Positions 58,379-64,000 of a stretch of 64,000 bases of DNA are shown piece after piece (within the stretch, counting starts at the first letter, position 1; each line of letters opens with the position of its first letter). The translations under genes and the position numbers were made by a program. The notes under the pieces are model-generated. The model was not told the DNA's origin, did not search any database, and saw only the letters and a list, made by a program, of their open reading frames with translations. Source of the DNA: Tubiluchus corallicola (taxonomy: Eukaryota > Animalia > Priapulida); assembly GCA_030141605.1 (NCBI GenBank), contig JAQGDQ010000112.1:310001-374000 (forward strand), read 5' to 3'.

Positions 58379-61300
58379 ATGGGACAGCTAACAAAGAGCT
58401 TTTTCTGCTTTGGTTTTATTGGAATGGTGTTTTCAGCTACATTGCGCTACGAGGAAGGATCCCACGGGCACAGTTTGTTTTCACTGAGTAAGTTCATTAT
58501 GACTGCATGTAATTAACTAATTATTGACCTAAGCATAATTAGACCTTTATTATATTCTTTTTACCACTAATGGAGCGAAACCAGTGACGAATGTCATAAG
58601 TCAATCAATGTATATAAATTATGTAGCTAGATGAGTGAGTTGCTAACAAATCACTCATTTTTGGATCCGGCCGAGCGCTAGGTATGTTCATCATGTTATT
58701 GTTGGTGGTGGTGGTGGTGCTATTGTTGTCGTCGTCGTTATTATTGTTGTTGTTGTAGCATTCACCTTTGAAGAGCAGTTTTTATCGTAGTAAGTTGAAA
58801 TTTTGCATGAAAATACTACATACCATTGCGCAAACTGTCACGCAACCCGATTCTTCACTTTCCTAAAACGGCTTGCAAATTTTCCGTTAAAGGGATTAAG
58901 CGTATCTGCCCTAAACATTGGCACGCTGTTGGGGTTTCTTTCATTCTAATATATAAATGGAGCTGCCACAACAATGCATGTCACAATATGTGTTAAACTT
59001 CAGGTTATTGCATTATGCGTTTTGGGTATCTTAGATTAGTTTTTTATTACATTATCGGTTAGTTATTACATTATAATTAGGTTGATTTTATTACGCTATG
59101 TGCTAATTTTTTCTGTCGTTTAATACGTTATCAGTTAAAAAAATGCGTCTAATTTTTTACGAAAGAACAATAGATTCATTACAACTTTAAACGTTTCCCA
59201 TTATTTTCTTATAAACCGTTAACTTTACCAGAATTAATTAGAGAGAATTAGCTCTTCCACGAACCAAATAGGGACCTTTGCCAATATTTTTTCATTTATT
59301 TTTTTACTTGAATCCCGTTGCCGTGACGACGACACTAACGTTGGAAAATCAGTCTGTCTGGAGGTCCTTCGATAACTAAACAATGTTCATCAGAAATTCA
59401 AACACTATATGAACCATACTGTTCTCTAACTATTAACTATGTAGATTGATTTTCAGCAAGATGCAGTCCTTCTTCACCTCTCATGGGCTGTGAGAGACTT
59501 TCAATGCAAGATGATCGGCTGACCATTGAATTGGTCTCGCTCTTGAGGTCCCTGAAGAAGGACGTGAAAAAAGGAAAGCTAACTAATGCAGTAATTGCTC
59601 TCAGATTTGTTTTCTAACTTGACTAAAAGAATTGCCCAAGTTATAGTTCGCCCGGAGCGGTTTTCAAACACTTTGTTTTGTTTGTTAAAAAATATGAAAA
59701 ATTAAAGTGTATAGTAACTTCTGGGACACCCTGTATAATAGTCCCCGTGAATGGTCATGCGGTCTCGTTTTTCTTATAACGACGGTTATTTAAGCATTTT
59801 AGAATAATCGAACCAATAAAGCAATTCCTATACGACACACGCAGTAAAGCGTCAAATAACGAAAAGTCCTTTTGACGAGCACCTTAGATGATTTCCGTAA
59901 AGCGCCAAATAATACATCGCTTACAAAGTGGCGTAATTATAACAGAATTAAGTTTGCTTCTCATACTTAAACTGTAATATTGTATGACCACTTGACAAAC
60001 AGTAACTATTCGATAATTAATTGATTAATACTTTACAGAATGTAACGATAAAAAGTTCGAATGTAGGATGTGGGCAGAGCAAGGTGAATGTGAAAAGAAT
60101 CCAAAATATATGCTAAATCATTGCAGAAGAAGCTGTTTACAGTGTGAAGACGTCCCAGGTAATAACAATTTAAAAACCATTTAATGTCACTTAAAATAAA
60201 CATCTAACTTATATTATAATCTACGTACAAATTTCAATGTAAACAAGTGTAAACGTTACAACTTTGCAGATGCTTATATCAGTCAGTCAGTCAGTCAGTC
60301 AGTCAATCACTCAGTCAGTCAGTAAATTGACAGACAGTCAGTTGGCCAATAGTCAGTCATTGCAGTCAGTCATCTACAATCATTCAACCAGCCTATCGAT
60401 CAGCCTGTTAGTCACTCAGGTATATGTAGGCAATCGCTAACCAATCAATCATTTAATTAATTAACTAGCTCTCACTCATTCAAATTAATAACCAGTTAAC
60501 CAGGATCACTTAGTAACTCAAGAATAAAATATTTCAGTCACTCAGTCAGTCATTCAATGAACTAATCACTAATCAGCAGTTCACGCAGTTAGCCAATTTT
60601 ACACACTCAATAAGACCGCTTAGTGAATGATAAAAATTCTTGATAAATGACAGACTTTATTGGTTTTAGAATGCTTTGATCAACAGAAGAATTGTAAGAA
60701 AGGAGCAAAACAAGGCAAATGCTTCTCATTGGATAACTTCGTCTTCAGCTGTCCTCTAAGTTGCAGGATTTGTGGAGCAAATTCAGGTACACAGCATTAG
60801 AGTTGTGTGAACGGTAGGGTAAAGTGGGGTAATAAAATGGGTGTCTGGAGTGAAATGGACACATTTGTTTTAAGGTTGTATAAGTACTCAGCGTTTTGTT
60901 CAAATGTGAAGGTAGTAACAGTATAGTCTGTCCTTTGTATAGACTAGTTATTGTAGAATGCTACTGAATGTATTCCTTGTTTTTTTCAGTGATATGAGTA
61001 TTTAATCTGTGAGGTTTCTATCATCGTAAAAACATTATTTGGCAAAACTTTGTACTGGCCGTCTATAAAGGGTCGCATAAACGAACTTTAGAGGAGGAAA
61101 GTAAAAGCGTAATAAACGTTTCGAACCCTAGAAGCAGCCAACAAACTGACATAGCTGCTGCAAAGTAGAATGCTACATTGAAATAAAAAATAACGAGAAA
61201 GAAAAGATCAGTTCTTAAAAATTAAAATTTAGAAAAAACTACTCATTTCAAGCGATTGTTGCAATGATAGTATTGTTAGTTTGTCTCCATGGTTACTCAG

Positions 61301-63274
61301 CTTCTTCGGGTATTCAATCCTTGCACCTGAAGTTAGAAGAGTGAGGATTTAATATTCTAGATATTACTAGCATTAATTTTAGATTTTAGCATTTTGCAAA
61401 GTTTCACAAATTTTTGGCAAAATGATCATGTTTTTCGCTACTTTAAACTGCGAGTATCTTGTGACATTTTCGTTTTTGCTCATATATTCTCAAACGTTGC
61501 CTTTTATTCTCAGCAAGGTCGAATTAATAGAAATATTTTTTGTTTTATACTAATTCTAGACGAAGCAGTTAATATAATCGAATAAAAGCATTTTGAATGC
61601 GGTGATCATTTTTGAAATGAAAGTAGCAGAAAAGAATTCTTTAGGTCCATGCACTCTGAAATGGATGCCACAGTCGTCCCTTCATGTTAATTTTCTGAGA
61701 ATTTCTTTTTGATTTATATTCTTTTGTGCAAAAATTTAGCGGCCGTTTTGTTTTTTGTGGTTTTCATCCTTTTGCGTTCGTTTTTATGGTAGCAACAGTT
61801 TTATTTCGAATTTTGCACAGTAAGATTGACAAGACTAGCTATGTTGGCCAGGTTTAACAAAAAACGCATCACGGGTGCAATTTTTCTGAAAATTCTTTTA
61901 GTATATCTATGGTGGTGACCAATTCTTGCATGAAACATGCAATTAACACCTGACAGCATTTGGGAGTTAATGAATCCGTTGTTGAGCTTGTCGAGGGCCT
62001 TGTCCTGTTGTGGCTACACTTCTTCTCTCCTCCTTTTTTCATCTTCGAAATAGTGTGTTTCGTTGTGGATGGTCCAAAACCAGTTTGACTGTAGCTAGGT
62101 TTAGTTATCGAATGATTGACTTTGACTCCTGTTTGCTTGAAATTGGATTTTATTTGGACTTTGTAGGAACAAACACGGCATCCTTATGGTCGTTTGCCAA
62201 CTGTGAGTCCACTGAAAAGAACTTGATGTGGTAACCTAATGTTCTGAATTCTGATGACGTTTCCTGACCAATAAAGACAGTGTATCTTGATAGTGGGCTC
62301 GATGCTCTGGATATTTATCCATCGACAACACTGATGTTGGTGACGTCTTAGTTAGATTTAATGTTCTTGATGGAGCGAAGTATTCGCTGATATGGAACAG
62401 TTCGAGCTTTTTTTTCTAAGATGCTATGATAACAGACAGTACAAATTTTTGAGTTTCTCTTTTGTGTGTAGATCTTTGCTCTTAAAACTCGTTTTGTGAG
62501 TTTCTCAATATCCTATGAGCGGCTTCAATTTGATACTCCATGCCTTTTTCGGAAGTGGATTTGAACAGTGCAGCTGAGCAGGTCTCCTTTATTTGGAAAG
62601 CACATGGTTCATCCTGGAAGCGGGTTGACGAAATGCTTGTCCCAATAAAACATGTTTCGTGCAATTAGTTTTCGGTGCATTGATTAATTACTTTTTGCCT
62701 GCCTGGGCTTCTATAAAATATTTATCACGTTCAACGCGAATTATGTTCATTTTACACTTTGCCATATTGGCTTTACACATTATATAGTATTTGATGCTAG
62801 ATAACGTACAAAACGTCGAGCTCTAGGAAGAGTGGGAAAGTGTCGTTGTAAAAAAATTCATTTCATACTTTTCTTAAAATGCTATAGGTGAAATGCCTTA
62901 AGAATTTCATAAAATGTCTTTCAATAAAATAAATTTTGCACAGCGCTGTAACATATTCATTTATTAATATTTCGATACGAAACGTACTTTACGTAAAAAA
63001 GCAAAGGAACGAATATATTAAAATAACTCTGGATTGAACTAAAACTCAGAAATATCCCTGTTTATGTCTGATTATAATTCATTAAACACTTTAATCAAAA
63101 CAAAATTATTTTCGGAATTACTATCTAATTACAATCACATCTTAGAATGTGTGGATTTTCACCCTGCTTGTTTTGGATGGGCTGCAGAGGGAGAATGCAA
63201 TTCGAATCCAAACTACATGTACTACGTGTGCAGAAAGAGTTGTAGAATTTGCACTGATAGTGAAATTATGAGAT
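58379..63274 (+). CDS. Secreted multi-ShK (ShKT) domain protein, 5' part; continues beyond the window
   Basis: Signal exon 58379-58487 (MGQLTKSFFCFGFIGMVFSATLRY..), then three phase-1 six-Cys exons: 60039-60158 (CNDKKFECRMWAEQGECEKNPKYMLNHCRRSCLQC), 60670-60786 (CFDQQKNCKKGAKQGKCFSLDNFVFSCPLSCRIC), 63146-63274 (CVDFHPACFGWAAEGECNSNPNYMYYVCRKSCRIC). The last ends in a GTGAGT donor. Confidence 0.92.
60279..60590. repeat. Degenerate (CAGT)n tetranucleotide tract
   Basis: Perfect tcagtcag run at 60279-60305 decaying into cagt/cact/caat variants. Confidence 0.8.
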
Positions 63275-64000
63275 GTGAGTATTGTTTTTTATTAGTGTTT
63301 TTAAATGTTATTGCAGTAAACAACAAAATAAAAAAAATTCTAAATAGGAGCGTAGAATTGATGATACGCCTCCAATGATGATCAGTTAAATGCACCTTAA
63401 CTTATACATACCACAAATTTACGTAACACTTATAATGACAAACACTAACATTCTGCAAAATCAAAATAATAGAAGTTGTATTTAAAATTACGATAAATAT
63501 TATATAATCTGCTCACACAGACATTAAAGGAGCATCATACCAATCTGGTGAGATTTTGCAGTAGAAAACAACGTATGATGAGGTGACGGCAAGTTTCATT
63601 AAGTCTCTCCGCAGTTCAGATAATTTTCATAATTTTCCCCTGTAAGGGCGGACCGTTTGAAAAACAAACAACACTTTAAAATTTGGTTTTTCGAGATCTG
63701 ACCAGATATGAAATACCATCACACCAGTACGACAACATACACACTAATTCAGAATTCATATATCCACGGCCATATTAATTAAATCATAGTTTTTTTCATT
63801 TTTTGTGCATAGTTGTAAATATGTTTGATTTTATTCGTCGTTACTTTCCATTACTGCACAGTAGTTTAGATTGCACTGACACATTTGCCTTTAGCAGTGT
63901 AAGTTTTTATTAACTAACACTGATTGATCATCTCTGTAAAATTTTTATCAGTGATTATCAATGTATTTTAATGGCAAATAAACATTATTATATATTATAT

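Noticed and set aside
60810-62700. Possible DNA-transposon relics in the ShK gene intron (C-x2-C motif on the minus strand, pogo-like left end)
   Set aside because: No paired termini or recognisable catalytic motif could be confirmed by eye.

Overview
AT-rich, intron-rich animal (invertebrate-type) genomic DNA; the species cannot be named from the sequence. Left end (236-7040, +): the last seven coding exons of a ZnT5/SLC30A5 zinc transporter. Middle (13.1-52.4 kb, +): a tandem cluster of immunoglobulin-superfamily cell-surface genes. Gene 1, A1 and A2 are intact-looking leader-D1(V/I-like)-D2(C2-like, two exons)-D3(I-like) genes ending in short hydrophobic, GPI-signal-like tails. Gene B is a damaged transmembrane paralogue present as two partial copies (B1, B2). 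A1+B1 and A2+B2 come from a recent ~11.4 kb tandem duplication (27321-38613 / 38738-48857), or are two uncollapsed alleles. The distal D1 domain is far more divergent than D2/D3 between old paralogues, and between the young copies it carries 15 amino-acid-changing versus 1 silent difference by hand count. This suggests a diversifying recognition (immune or allorecognition-type) receptor family. Right end (58379 onward, +): the 5' part of a secreted multi-ShK-domain gene. Introns and spacers hold decayed LINE, Penelope, Gypsy, Academ-like, hAT, pogo and MITE relics plus micro- and minisatellites. All gene models were spliced by hand and need transcript confirmation.
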